A stretch of DNA of 64,000 nucleotides from Squalus acanthias. Taxonomy: Eukaryota. The translations under genes and the position numbers were made by a program. A model generated the notes under the pieces. That model ran no database searches. It was not told the DNA's origin and worked only from the letters and a program-made list of their open reading frames with translations. The DNA lies in the NCBI GenBank assembly GCA_030390025.1, contig CM059431.1:145454001-145518000 (forward strand). Reading direction: 5' to 3'. Positions 1 to 15,000 of this stretch are shown here, in pieces. Each line of letters opens with the position of its first letter. Positions within the stretch are counted from its first letter, which is position 1.

Positions 1-3000
1 TGTGTCATGATGCTGGATGTATTGGAGAGTGTGAAGGGCTGTGTCATGATGCTGGATGTATTGGAGAGTGTGAAGGGCTGTGTCATGATGCTGGATGTAT
101 TGGAGAGTGTGAAGGGCTGTGTCATGATGCTGGATGTATTGGAGAGTGTGAAGGGCTGTGTCATGATGCTGGATGTATTGGAGAGTGTGAAGGGCTGTGT
201 CATGATGCTGGATGTATTGGAGAGTGTGAAGGGCTGTGTCATGATGCTGGATGTATTGGAGAGTGTGAAGGGCTGTGTCATGATGCTGGATGTATTGGAG
301 AGTGTGAAGGGCTGTGTCATGATGCTGGATGTATTGGAGAGTGTGAAGGGCTGTGTCATGATGCTGGATGTATTGGAGAGTGTGAAGGGCTGTGTCATGA
401 TGCTGGATGTATTGGAGAGTGTGAAGGGCTGTGTCATGATGCTGGATGTATTGGAGAGTGTGAAGGGCTGTGTCATGATGCTGGATGTATTGGAGAGTGT
501 GAAGGGCTGTGTCATGATGCTGGATGTATTGGAGAGTGTGAAGGGCTGTGTCATGATGCTGGATGTATTGGAGAGTGTGAAGGGCTGTGTCATGATGCTG
601 GATGTATTGGAGAGTGTGAAGGGCTGTGTCATGATGCTGGATGTATTGGAGAGTGTGAAGGGCTGTGTCATGATGCTGGATGTATTGGAGAGTGTGAAGG
701 GCTGTGTCATGATGCTGGATGTATTGGAGAGTGTGAAGGGCTGTGTCATGATGCTGGATGTATTGGAGAGTGTGAAGGGCTGTGTCATGATGCTGGATGT
801 ATTGGAGAGTGTGAAGGGCTGTGTCATGATGCTGGATGTATTGGAGAGTGTGAAGGGCTGTGTCATGATGCTGGATGTATTGGAGAGTGTGAAGGGCTGT
901 GTCATGATGCTGGATGTATTGGAGAGTGTGAAGGGCTGTGTCATGATGCTGGATGTATTGGAGAGTGTGAAGGGCTGTGTCATGATGCTGGATGTATTGG
1001 AGAGTGTGAAGGGCTGTGTCATGATGCTGGATGTATTGGAGAGTGTGAAGGGCTGTGTCATGATGCTGGATGTATTGGAGAGTGTGAAGGGCTGTGTCAT
1101 GATGCTGGATGTATTGGAGAGTGTGAAGGGCTGTGTCATGATGCTGGATGTATTGGAGAGTGTGAAGGGCTGTGTCATGATGCTGGATGTATTGGAGAGT
1201 GTGAAGGGCTGTGTCATGATGCTGGATGTATTGGAGAGTGTGAAGGGCTGTGTCATGATGCTGGATGTATTGGAGAGTGTGAAGGGCTGTGTCATGATGC
1301 TGGATGTATTGGAGAGTGTGAAGGGCTGTGTCATGATGCTGGATGTATTGGAGAGTGTGAAGGGCTGTGTCATGATGCTGGATGTATTGGAGAGTGTGAA
1401 GGGCTGTGTCATGATGCTGGATGTATTGGAGAGTGTGAAGGGCTGTGTCATGATGCTGGATGTATTGGAGAGTGTGAAGGGCTGTGTCATGATGCTGGAT
1501 GTATTGGAGAGTGTGAAGGGCTGTGTCATGATGCTGGATGTATTGGAGAGTGTGAAGGGCTGTGTCATGATGCTGGATGTATTGGAGAGTGTGAAGGGCT
1601 GTGTCATGATGCTGGATGTATTGGAGAGTGTGAAGGGCTGTGTCATGATGCTGGATGTATTGGAGAGTGTGAAGGGCTGTGTCATGATGCTGGATGTATT
1701 GGAGAGTGTGAAGGGCTGTGTCATGATGCTGGATGTATTGGAGAGTGTGAAGGGCTGTGTCATGATGCTGGATGTATTGGAGAGTGTGAAGGGCTGTGTC
1801 ATGATGCTGGATGTATTGGAGAGTGTGAAGGGCTGTGTCATGATGCTGGATGTATTGGAGAGTGTGAAGGGCTGTGTCATGATGCTGGATGTATTGGAGA
1901 GTGTGAAGGGCTGTGTCATGATGCTGGATGTATTGGAGAGTGTGAAGGGCTGTGTCATGATGCTGGATGTATTGGAGAGTGTGAAGGGCTGTGTCATGAT
2001 GCTGGATGTATTGGAGAGTGTGAAGGGCTGTGTCATGATGCTGGATGTATTGGAGAGTGTGAAGGGCTGTGTCATGATGCTGGATGTATTGGAGAGTGTG
2101 AAGGGCTGTGTCATGATGCTGGATGTATTGGAGAGTGTGAAGGGCTGTGTCATGATGCTGGATGTATTGGAGAGTGTGAAGGGCTGTGTCATGATGCTGG
2201 ATGTATTGGAGAGTGTGAAGGGCTGTGTCATGATGCTGGATGTATTGGAGAGTGTGAAGGGCTGTGTCATGATGCTGGATGTATTGGAGAGTGTGAAGGG
2301 CTGTGTCATGATGCTGGATGTATTGGAGAGTGTGAAGGGCTGTGTCATGATGCTGGATGTATTGGAGAGTGTGAAGGGCTGTGTCATGATGCTGGATGTA
2401 TTGGAGAGTGTGAAGGGCTGTGTCATGATGCTGGATGTATTGGAGAGTGTGAAGGGCTGTGTCATGATGCTGGATGTATTGGAGAGTGTGAAGGGCTGTG
2501 TCATGATGCTGGATGTATTGGAGAGTGTGAAGGGCTGTGTCATGATGCTGGATGTATTGGAGAGTGTGAAGGGCTGTGTCATGATGCTGGATGTATTGGA
2601 GAGTGTGAAGGGCTGTGTCATGATGCTGGATGTATTGGAGAGTGTGAAGGGCTGTGTCATGATGCTGGATGTATTGGAGAGTGTGAAGGGCTGTGTCATG
2701 ATGCTGGATGTATTGGAGAGTGTGAAGGGCTGTGTCATGATGCTGGATGTATTGGAGAGTGTGAAGGGCTGTGTCATGATGCTGGATGTATTGGAGAGTG
2801 TGAAGGGCTGTGTCATGATGCTGGATGTATTGGAGAGTGTGAAGGGCTGTGTCATGATGCTGGATGTATTGGAGAGTGTGAAGGGCTGTGTCATGATGCT
2901 GGATGTATTGGAGAGTGTGAAGGGCTGTGTCATGATGCTGGATGTATTGGAGAGTGTGAAGGGCTGTGTCATGATGCTGGATGTATTGGAGAGTGTGAAG

Positions 3001-6000
3001 GGCTGTGTCATGATGCTGGATGTATTGGAGAGTGTGAAGGGCTGTGTCATGATGCTGGATGTATTGGAGAGTGTGAAGGGCTGTGTCATGATGCTGGATG
3101 TATTGGAGAGTGTGAAGGGCTGTGTCATGATGCTGGATGTATTGGAGAGTGTGAAGGGCTGTGTCATGATGCTGGATGTATTGGAGAGTGTGAAGGGCTG
3201 TGTCATGATGCTGGATGTATTGGAGAGTGTGAAGGGCTGTGTCATGATGCTGGATGTATTGGAGAGTGTGAAGGGCTGTGTCATGATGCTGGATGTATTG
3301 GAGAGTGTGAAGGGCTGTGTCATGATGCTGGATGTATTGGAGAGTGTGAAGGGCTGTGTCATGATGCTGGATGTATTGGAGAGTGTGAAGGGCTGTGTCA
3401 TGATGCTGGATGTATTGGAGAGTGTGAAGGGCTGTGTCATGATGCTGGATGTATTGGAGAGTGTGAAGGGCTGTGTCATGATGCTGGATGTATTGGAGAG
3501 TGTGAAGGGCTGTGTCATGATGCTGGATGTATTGGAGAGTGTGAAGGGCTGTGTCATGATGCTGGATGTATTGGAGAGTGTGAAGGGCTGTGTCATGATG
3601 CTGGATGTATTGGAGAGTGTGAAGGGCTGTGTCATGATGCTGGATGTATTGGAGAGTGTGAAGGGCTGTGTCATGATGCTGGATGTATTGGAGAGTGTGA
3701 AGGGCTGTGTCATGATGCTGGATGTATTGGAGAGTGTGAAGGGCTGTGTCATGATGCTGGATGTATTGGAGAGTGTGAAGGGCTGTGTCATGATGCTGGA
3801 TGTATTGGAGAGTGTGAAGGGCTGTGTCATGATGCTGGATGTATTGGAGAGTGTGAAGGGCTGTGTCATGATGCTGGATGTATTGGAGAGTGTGAAGGGC
3901 TGTGTCATGATGCTGGATGTATTGGAGAGTGTGAAGGGCTGTGTCATGATGCTGGATGTATTGGAGAGTGTGAAGGGCTGTGTCATGATGCTGGATGTAT
4001 TGGAGAGTGTGAAGGGCTGTGTCATGATGCTGGATGTATTGGAGAGTGTGAAGGGCTGTGTCATGATGCTGGATGTATTGGAGAGTGTGAAGGGCTGTGT
4101 CATGATGCTGGATGTATTGGAGAGTGTGAAGGGCTGTGTCATGATGCTGGATGTATTGGAGAGTGTGAAGGGCTGTGTCATGATGCTGGATGTATTGGAG
4201 AGTGTGAAGGGCTGTGTCATGATGCTGGATGTATTGGAGAGTGTGAAGGGCTGTGTCATGATGCTGGATGTATTGGAGAGTGTGAAGGGCTGTGTCATGA
4301 TGCTGGATGTATTGGAGAGTGTGAAGGGCTGTGTCATGATGCTGGATGTATTGGAGAGTGTGAAGGGCTGTGTCATGATGCTGGATGTATTGGAGAGTGT
4401 GAAGGGCTGTGTCATGATGCTGGATGTATTGGAGAGTGTGAAGGGCTGTGTCATGATGCTGGATGTATTGGAGAGTGTGAAGGGCTGTGTCATGATGCTG
4501 GATGTATTGGAGAGTGTGAAGGGCTGTGTCATGATGCTGGATGTATTGGAGAGTGTGAAGGGCTGTGTCATGATGCTGGATGTATTGGAGAGTGTGAAGG
4601 GCTGTGTCATGATGCTGGATGTATTGGAGAGTGTGAAGGGCTGTGTCATGATGCTGGATGTATTGGAGAGTGTGAAGGGCTGTGTCATGATGCTGGATGT
4701 ATTGGAGAGTGTGAAGGGCTGTGTCATGATGCTGGATGTATTGGAGAGTGTGAAGGGCTGTGTCATGATGCTGGATGTATTGGAGAGTGTGAAGGGCTGT
4801 GTCATGATGCTGGATGTATTGGAGAGTGTGAAGGGCTGTGTCATGATGCTGGATGTATTGGAGAGTGTGAAGGGCTGTGTCATGATGCTGGATGTATTGG
4901 AGAGTGTGAAGGGCTGTGTCATGATGCTGGATGTATTGGAGAGTGTGAAGGGCTGTGTCATGATGCTGGATGTATTGGAGAGTGTGAAGGGCTGTGTCAT
5001 GATGCTGGATGTATTGGAGAGTGTGAAGGGCTGTGTCATGATGCTGGATGTATTGGAGAGTGTGAAGGGCTGTGTCATGATGCTGGATGTATTGGAGAGT
5101 GTGAAGGGCTGTGTCATGATGCTGGATGTATTGGAGAGTGTGAAGGGCTGTGTCATGATGCTGGATGTATTGGAGAGTGTGAAGGGCTGTGTCATGATGC
5201 TGGATGTATTGGAGAGTGTGAAGGGCTGTGTCATGATGCTGGATGTATTGGAGAGTGTGAAGGGCTGTGTCATGATGCTGGATGTATTGGAGAGTGTGAA
5301 GGGCTGTGTCATGATGCTGGATGTATTGGAGAGTGTGAAGGGCTGTGTCATGATGCTGGATGTATTGGAGAGTGTGAAGGGCTGTGTCATGATGCTGGAT
5401 GTATTGGAGAGTGTGAAGGGCTGTGTCATGATGCTGGATGTATTGGAGAGTGTGAAGGGCTGTGTCATGATGCTGGATGTATTGGAGAGTGTGAAGGGCT
5501 GTGTCATGATGCTGGATGTATTGGAGAGTGTGAAGGGCTGTGTCATGATGCTGGATGTTTGGAGAGTGTGAAGGGCTGTCTCATGATGCTGGATGTATTG
5601 GAGAGTGTGAAGGGCTGTGTCATGATGCTGGATGTATTGGAGAGTGTGAAGGGCTGTGTCATGATGCTGGATGTATTGGAGAGTGTGAAGGGCTGTGTCA
5701 TGATGCTGGATGTATTGGAGAGTGTGAAGGGCTGTGTCATGATGCTGGATGTATTGGAGAGTGTGAAGGGCTGTGTCATGATGCTGGATGTATTGGAGAG
5801 TGTGAAGGGCTGTGTCATGATGCTGGATGTATTGGAGAGTGTGAAGGGCTGTGTCATGATGCTGGATGTATTGGAGAGTGTGAAGGGCTGTGTCATGATG
5901 CTGGATGTATTGGAGAGTGTGAAGGGCTGTGTCATGATGCTGGATGTATTGGAGAGTGTGAAGGGCTGTGTCATGATGCTGGATGTATTGGAGAGTGTGA

Positions 6001-9000
6001 AGGGCTGTGTCATGATGCTGGATGTATTGGAGAGTGTGAAGGGCTGTGTCATGATGCTGGATGTATTGGAGAGTGTGAAGGGCTGTGTCATGATGCTGGA
6101 TGTATTGGAGAGTGTGAAGGGCTGTGTCATGATGCTGGATGTATTGGAGAGTGTGAAGGGCTGTGTCATGATGCTGGATGTATTGGAGAGTGTGAAGGGC
6201 TGTGTCATGATGCTGGATGTATTGGAGAGTGTGAAGGGCTGTGTCATGATGCTGGATGTATTGGAGAGTGTGAAGGGCTGTGTCATGATGCTGGATGTAT
6301 TGGAGAGTGTGAAGGGCTGTGTCATGATGCTGGATGTATTGGAGAGTGTGAAGGGCTGTGTCATGATGCTGGATGTATTGGAGAGTGTGAAGGGCTGTGT
6401 CATGATGCTGGATGTATTGGAGAGTGTGAAGGGCTGTGTCATGATGCTGGATGTATTGGAGAGTGTGAAGGGCTGTGTCATGATGCTGGATGTATTGGAG
6501 AGTGTGAAGGGCTGTGTCATGATGCTGGATGTATTGGAGAGTGTGAAGGGCTGTGTCATGATGCTGGATGTATTGGAGAGTGTGAAGGGCTGTGTCATGA
6601 TGCTGGATGTATTGGAGAGTGTGAAGGGCTGTGTCATGATGCTGGATGTATTGGAGAGTGTGAAGGGCTGTGTCATGATGCTGGATGTATTGGAGAGTGT
6701 GAAGGGCTGTGTCATGATGCTGGATGTATTGGAGAGTGTGAAGGGCTGTGTCATGATGCTGGATGTATTGGAGAGTGTGAAGGGCTGTGTCATGATGCTG
6801 GATGTATTGGAGAGTGTGAAGGGCTGTGTCATGATGCTGGATGTATTGGAGAGTGTGAAGGGCTGTGTCATGATGCTGGATGTATTGGAGAGTGTGAAGG
6901 GCTGTGTCATGATGCTGGATGTATTGGAGAGTGTGAAGGGCTGTGTCATGATGCTGGATGTATTGGAGAGTGTGAAGGGCTGTGTCATGATGCTGGATGT
7001 ATTGGAGAGTGTGAAGGGCTGTGTCATGATGCTGGATGTATTGGAGAGTGTGAAGGGCTGTGTCATGATGCTGGATGTATTGGAGAGTGTGAAGGGCTGT
7101 GTCATGATGCTGGATGTATTGGAGAGTGTGAAGGGCTGTGTCATGATGCTGGATGTATTGGAGAGTGTGAAGGGCTGTGTCATGATGCTGGATGTATTGG
7201 AGAGTGTGAAGGGCTGTGTCATGATGCTGGATGTATTGGAGAGTGTGAAGGGCTGTGTCATGATGCTGGATGTATTGGAGAGTGTGAAGGGCTGTGTCAT
7301 GATGCTGGATGTATTGGAGAGTGTGAAGGGCTGTGTCATGATGCTGGATGTATTGGAGAGTGTGAAGGGCTGTGTCATGATGCTGGATGTATTGGAGAGT
7401 GTGAAGGGCTGTGTCATGATGCTGGATGTATTGGAGAGTGTGAAGGGCTGTGTCATGATGCTGGATGTATTGGAGAGTGTGAAGGGCTGTGTCATGATGC
7501 TGGATGTATTGGAGAGTGTGAAGGGCTGTGTCATGATGCTGGATGTATTGGAGAGTGTGAAGGGCTGTGTCATGATGCTGGATGTATTGGAGAGTGTGAA
7601 GGGCTGTGTCATGATGCTGGATGTATTGGAGAGTGTGAAGGGCTGTGTCATGATGCTGGATGTATTGGAGAGTGTGAAGGGCTGTGTCATGATGCTGGAT
7701 GTATTGGAGAGTGTGAAGGGCTGTGTCATGATGCTGGATGTATTGGAGAGTGTGAAGGGCTGTGTCATGATGCTGGATGTATTGGAGAGTGTGAAGGGCT
7801 GTGTCATGATGCTGGATGTATTGGAGAGTGTGAAGGGCTGTGTCATGATGCTGGATGTATTGGAGAGTGTGAAGGGCTGTGTCATGATGCTGGATGTATT
7901 GGAGAGTGTGAAGGGCTGTGTCATGATGCTGGATGTATTGGAGAGTGTGAAGGGCTGTGTCATGATGCTGGATGTATTGGAGAGTGTGAAGGGCTGTGTC
8001 ATGATGCTGGATGTATTGGAGAGTGTGAAGGGCTGTGTCATGATGCTGGATGTATTGGAGAGTGTGAAGGGCTGTGTCATGATGCTGGATGTATTGGAGA
8101 GTGTGAAGGGCTGTGTCATGATGCTGGATGTATTGGAGAGTGTGAAGGGCTGTGTCATGATGCTGGATGTATTGGAGAGTGTGAAGGGCTGTGTCATGAT
8201 GCTGGATGTATTGGAGAGTGTGAAGGGCTGTGTCATGATGCTGGATGTATTGGAGAGTGTGAAGGGCTGTGTCATGATGCTGGATGTATTGGAGAGTGTG
8301 AAGGGCTGTGTCATGATGCTGGATGTATTGGAGAGTGTGAAGGGCTGTGTCATGATGCTGGATGTATTGGAGAGTGTGAAGGGCTGTGTCATGATGCTGG
8401 ATGTATTGGAGAGTGTGAAGGGCTGTGTCATGATGCTGGATGTATTGGAGAGTGTGAAGGGCTGTGTCATGATGCTGGATGTATTGGAGAGTGTGAAGGG
8501 CTGTGTCATGATGCTGGATGTATTGGAGAGTGTGAAGGGCTGTGTCATGATGCTGGATGTATTGGAGAGTGTGAAGGGCTGTGTCATGATGCTGGATGTA
8601 TTGGAGAGTGTGAAGGGCTGTGTCATGATGCTGGATGTATTGGAGAGTGTGAAGGGCTGTGTCATGATGCTGGATGTATTGGAGAGTGTGAAGGGCTGTG
8701 TCATGATGCTGGATGTATTGGAGAGTGTGAAGGGCTGTGTCATGATGCTGGATGTATTGGAGAGTGTGAAGGGCTGTGTCATGATGCTGGATGTATTGGA
8801 GAGTGTGAAGGGCTGTGTCATGATGCTGGATGTATTGGAGAGTGTGAAGGGCTGTGTCATGATGCTGGATGTATTGGAGAGTGTGAAGGGCTGTGTCATG
8901 ATGCTGGATGTATTGGAGAGTGTGAAGGGCTGTGTCATGATGCTGGATGTATTGGAGAGTGTGAAGGGCTGTGTCATGATGCTGGATGTATTGGAGAGTG

Positions 9001-12000
9001 TGAAGGGCTGTGTCATGATGCTGGATGTATTGGAGAGTGTGAAGGGCTGTGTCATGATGCTGGATGTATTGGAGAGTGTGAAGGGCTGTGTCATGATGCT
9101 GGATGTATTGGAGAGTGTGAAGGGCTGTGTCATGATGCTGGATGTATTGGAGAGTGTGAAGGGCTGTGTCATGATGCTGGATGTATTGGAGAGTGTGAAG
9201 GGCTGTGTCATGATGCTGGATGTATTGGAGAGTGTGAAGGGCTGTGTCATGATGCTGGATGTATTGGAGAGTGTGAAGGGCTGTGTCATGATGCTGGATG
9301 TATTGGAGAGTGTGAAGGGCTGTGTCATGATGCTGGATGTATTGGAGAGTGTGAAGGGCTGTGTCATGATGCTGGATGTATTGGAGAGTGTGAAGGGCTG
9401 TGTCATGATGCTGGATGTATTGGAGAGTGTGAAGGGCTGTGTCATGATGCTGGATGTATTGGAGAGTGTGAAGGGCTGTGTCATGATGCTGGATGTATTG
9501 GAGAGTGTGAAGGGCTGTGTCATGATGCTGGATGTATTGGAGAGTGTGAAGGGCTGTGTCATGATGCTGGATGTATTGGAGAGTGTGAAGGGCTGTGTCA
9601 TGATGCTGGATGTATTGGAGAGTGTGAAGGGCTGTGTCATGATGCTGGATGTATTGGAGAGTGTGAAGGGCTGTGTCATGATGCTGGATGTATTGGAGAG
9701 TGTGAAGGGCTGTGTCATGATGCTGGATGTATTGGAGAGTGTGAAGGGCTGTGTCATGATGCTGGATGTATTGGAGAGTGTGAAGGGCTGTGTCATGATG
9801 CTGGATGTATTGGAGAGTGTGAAGGGCTGTGTCATGATGCTGGATGTATTGGAGAGTGTGAAGGGCTGTGTCATGATGCTGGATGTATTGGAGAGTGTGA
9901 AGGGCTGTGTCATGATGCTGGATGTATTGGAGAGTGTGAAGGGCTGTGTCATGATGCTGGATGTATTGGAGAGTGTGAAGGGCTGTGTCATGATGCTGGA
10001 TGTATTGGAGAGTGTGAAGGGCTGTGTCATGATGCTGGATGTATTGGAGAGTGTGAAGGGCTGTGTCATGATGCTGGATGTATTGGAGAGTGTGAAGGGC
10101 TGTGTCATGATGCTGGATGTATTGGAGAGTGTGAAGGGCTGTGTCATGATGCTGGATGTATTGGAGAGTGTGAAGGGCTGTGTCATGATGCTGGATGTAT
10201 TGGAGAGTGTGAAGGGCTGTGTCATGATGCTGGATGTATTGGAGAGTGTGAAGGGCTGTGTCATGATGCTGGATGTATTGGAGAGTGTGAAGGGCTGTGT
10301 CATGATGCTGGATGTATTGGAGAGTGTGAAGGGCTGTGTCATGATGCTGGATGTATTGGAGAGTGTGAAGGGCTGTGTCATGATGCTGGATGTATTGGAG
10401 AGTGTGAAGGGCTGTGTCATGATGCTGGATGTATTGGAGAGTGTGAAGGGCTGTGTCATGATGCTGGATGTATTGGAGAGTGTGAAGGGCTGTGTCATGA
10501 TGCTGGATGTATTGGAGAGTGTGAAGGGCTGTGTCATGATGCTGGATGTATTGGAGAGTGTGAAGGGCTGTGTCATGATGCTGGATGTATTGGAGAGTGT
10601 GAAGGGCTGTGTCATGATGCTGGATGTATTGGAGAGTGTGAAGGGCTGTGTCATGATGCTGGATGTATTGGAGAGTGTGAAGGGCTGTGTCATGATGCTG
10701 GATGTATTGGAGAGTGTGAAGGGCTGTGTCATGATGCTGGATGTATTGGAGAGTGTGAAGGGCTGTGTCATGATGCTGGATGTATTGGAGAGTGTGAAGG
10801 GCTGTGTCATGATGCTGGATGTATTGGAGAGTGTGAAGGGCTGTGTCATGATGCTGGATGTATTGGAGAGTGTGAAGGGCTGTGTCATGATGCTGGATGT
10901 ATTGGAGAGTGTGAAGGGCTGTGTCATGATGCTGGATGTATTGGAGAGTGTGAAGGGCTGTGTCATGATGCTGGATGTATTGGAGAGTGTGAAGGGCTGT
11001 GTCATGATGCTGGATGTATTGGAGAGTGTGAAGGGCTGTGTCATGATGCTGGATGTATTGGAGAGTGTGAAGGGCTGTGTCATGATGCTGGATGTATTGG
11101 AGAGTGTGAAGGGCTGTGTCATGATGCTGGATGTATTGGAGAGTGTGAAGGGCTGTGTCATGATGCTGGATGTATTGGAGAGTGTGAAGGGCTGTGTCAT
11201 GATGCTGGATGTATTGGAGAGTGTGAAGGGCTGTGTCATGATGCTGGATGTATTGGAGAGTGTGAAGGGCTGTGTCATGATGCTGGATGTATTGGAGAGT
11301 GTGAAGGGCTGTGTCATGATGCTGGATGTATTGGAGAGTGTGAAGGGCTGTGTCATGATGCTGGATGTATTGGAGAGTGTGAAGGGCTGTGTCATGATGC
11401 TGGATGTATTGGAGAGTGTGAAGGGCTGTGTCATGATGCTGGATGTATTGGAGAGTGTGAAGGGCTGTGTCATGATGCTGGATGTATTGGAGAGTGTGAA
11501 GGGCTGTGTCATGATGCTGGATGTATTGGAGAGTGTGAAGGGCTGTGTCATGATGCTGGATGTATTGGAGAGTGTGAAGGGCTGTGTCATGATGCTGGAT
11601 GTATTGGAGAGTGTGAAGGGCTGTGTCATGATGCTGGATGTATTGGAGAGTGTGAAGGGCTGTGTCATGATGCTGGATGTATTGGAGAGTGTGAAGGGCT
11701 GTGTCATGATGCTGGATGTATTGGAGAGTGTGAAGGGCTGTGTCATGATGCTGGATGTATTGGAGAGTGTGAAGGGCTGTGTCATGATGCTGGATGTATT
11801 GGAGAGTGTGAAGGGCTGTGTCATGATGCTGGATGTATTGGAGAGTGTGAAGGGCTGTGTCATGATGCTGGATGTATTGGAGAGTGTGAAGGGCTGTGTC
11901 ATGATGCTGGATGTATTGGAGAGTGTGAAGGGCTGTGTCATGATGCTGGATGTATTGGAGAGTGTGAAGGGCTGTGTCATGATGCTGGATGTATTGGAGA

Positions 12001-15000
12001 GTGTGAAGGGCTGTGTCATGATGCTGGATGTATTGGAGAGTGTGAAGGGCTGTGTCATGATGCTGGATGTATTGGAGAGTGTGAAGGGCTGTGTCATGAT
12101 GCTGGATGTATTGGAGAGTGTGAAGGGCTGTGTCATGATGCTGGATGTATTGGAGAGTGTGAAGGGCTGTGTCATGATGCTGGATGTATTGGAGAGTGTG
12201 AAGGGCTGTGTCATGATGCTGGATGTATTGGAGAGTGTGAAGGGCTGTGTCATGATGCTGGATGTATTGGAGAGTGTGAAGGGCTGTGTCATGATGCTGG
12301 ATGTATTGGAGAGTGTGAAGGGCTGTGTCATGATGCTGGATGTATTGGAGAGTGTGAAGGGCTGTGTCATGATGCTGGATGTATTGGAGAGTGTGAAGGG
12401 CTGTGTCATGATGCTGGATGTATTGGAGAGTGTGAAGGGCTGTGTCATGATGCTGGATGTATTGGAGAGTGTGAAGGGCTGTGTCATGATGCTGGATGTA
12501 TTGGAGAGTGTGAAGGGCTGTGTCATGATGCTGGATGTATTGGAGAGTGTGAAGGGCTGTGTCATGATGCTGGATGTATTGGAGAGTGTGAAGGGCTGTG
12601 TCATGATGCTGGATGTATTGGAGAGTGTGAAGGGCTGTGTCATGATGCTGGATGTATTGGAGAGTGTGAAGGGCTGTGTCATGATGCTGGATGTATTGGA
12701 GAGTGTGAAGGGCTGTGTCATGATGCTGGATGTATTGGAGAGTGTGAAGGGCTGTGTCATGATGCTGGATGTATTGGAGAGTGTGAAGGGCTGTGTCATG
12801 ATGCTGGATGTATTGGAGAGTGTGAAGGGCTGTGTCATGATGCTGGATGTATTGGAGAGTGTGAAGGGCTGTGTCATGATGCTGGATGTATTGGAGAGTG
12901 TGAAGGGCTGTGTCATGATGCTGGATGTATTGGAGAGTGTGAAGGGCTGTGTCATGATGCTGGATGTATTGGAGAGTGTGAAGGGCTGTGTCATGATGCT
13001 GGATGTATTGGAGAGTGTGAAGGGCTGTGTCATGATGCTGGATGTATTGGAGAGTGTGAAGGGCTGTGTCATGATGCTGGATGTATTGGAGAGTGTGAAG
13101 GGCTGTGTCATGATGCTGGATGTATTGGAGAGTGTGAAGGGCTGTGTCATGATGCTGGATGTATTGGAGAGTGTGAAGGGCTGTGTCATGATGCTGGATG
13201 TATTGGAGAGTGTGAAGGGCTGTGTCATGATGCTGGATGTATTGGAGAGTGTGAAGGGCTGTGTCATGATGCTGGATGTATTGGAGAGTGTGAAGGGCTG
13301 TGTCATGATGCTGGATGTATTGGAGAGTGTGAAGGGCTGTGTCATGATGCTGGATGTATTGGAGAGTGTGAAGGGCTGTGTCATGATGCTGGATGTATTG
13401 GAGAGTGTGAAGGGCTGTGTCATGATGCTGGATGTATTGGAGAGTGTGAAGGGCTGTGTCATGATGCTGGATGTATTGGAGAGTGTGAAGGGCTGTGTCA
13501 TGATGCTGGATGTATTGGAGAGTGTGAAGGGCTGTGTCATGATGCTGGATGTATTGGAGAGTGTGAAGGGCTGTGTCATGATGCTGGATGTATTGGAGAG
13601 TGTGAAGGGCTGTGTCATGATGCTGGATGTATTGGAGAGTGTGAAGGGCTGTGTCATGATGCTGGATGTATTGGAGAGTGTGAAGGGCTGTGTCATGATG
13701 CTGGATGTATTGGAGAGTGTGAAGGGCTGTGTCATGATGCTGGATGTATTGGAGAGTGTGAAGGGCTGTGTCATGATGCTGGATGTATTGGAGAGTGTGA
13801 AGGGCTGTGTCATGATGCTGGATGTATTGGAGAGTGTGAAGGGCTGTGTCATGATGCTGGATGTATTGGAGAGTGTGAAGGGCTGTGTCATGATGCTGGA
13901 TGTATTGGAGAGTGTGAAGGGCTGTGTCATGATGCTGGATGTATTGGAGAGTGTGAAGGGCTGTGTCATGATGCTGGATGTATTGGAGAGTGTGAAGGGC
14001 TGTGTCATGATGCTGGATGTATTGGAGAGTGTGAAGGGCTGTGTCATGATGCTGGATGTATTGGAGAGTGTGAAGGGCTGTGTCATGATGCTGGATGTAT
14101 TGGAGAGTGTGAAGGGCTGTGTCATGATGCTGGATGTATTGGAGAGTGTGAAGGGCTGTGTCATGATGCTGGATGTATTGGAGAGTGTGAAGGGCTGTGT
14201 CATGATGCTGGATGTATTGGAGAGTGTGAAGGGCTGTGTCATGATGCTGGATGTATTGGAGAGTGTGAAGGGCTGTGTCATGATGCTGGATGTATTGGAG
14301 AGTGTGAAGGGCTGTGTCATGATGCTGGATGTATTGGAGAGTGTGAAGGGCTGTGTCATGATGCTGGATGTATTGGAGAGTGTGAAGGGCTGTGTCATGA
14401 TGCTGGATGTATTGGAGAGTGTGAAGGGCTGTGTCATGATGCTGGATGTATTGGAGAGTGTGAAGGGCTGTGTCATGATGCTGGATGTATTGGAGAGTGT
14501 GAAGGGCTGTGTCATGATGCTGGATGTATTGGAGAGTGTGAAGGGCTGTGTCATGATGCTGGATGTATTGGAGAGTGTGAAGGGCTGTGTCATGATGCTG
14601 GATGTATTGGAGAGTGTGAAGGGCTGTGTCATGATGCTGGATGTATTGGAGAGTGTGAAGGGCTGTGTCATGATGCTGGATGTATTGGAGAGTGTGAAGG
14701 GCTGTGTCATGATGCTGGATGTATTGGAGAGTGTGAAGGGCTGTGTCATGATGCTGGATGTATTGGAGAGTGTGAAGGGCTGTGTCATGATGCTGGATGT
14801 ATTGGAGAGTGTGAAGGGCTGTGTCATGATGCTGGATGTATTGGAGAGTGTGAAGGGCTGTGTCATGATGCTGGATGTATTGGAGAGTGTGAAGGGCTGT
14901 GTCATGATGCTGGATGTATTGGAGAGTGTGAAGGGCTGTGTCATGATGCTGGATGTATTGGAGAGTGTGAAGGGCTGTGTCATGATGCTGGATGTATTGG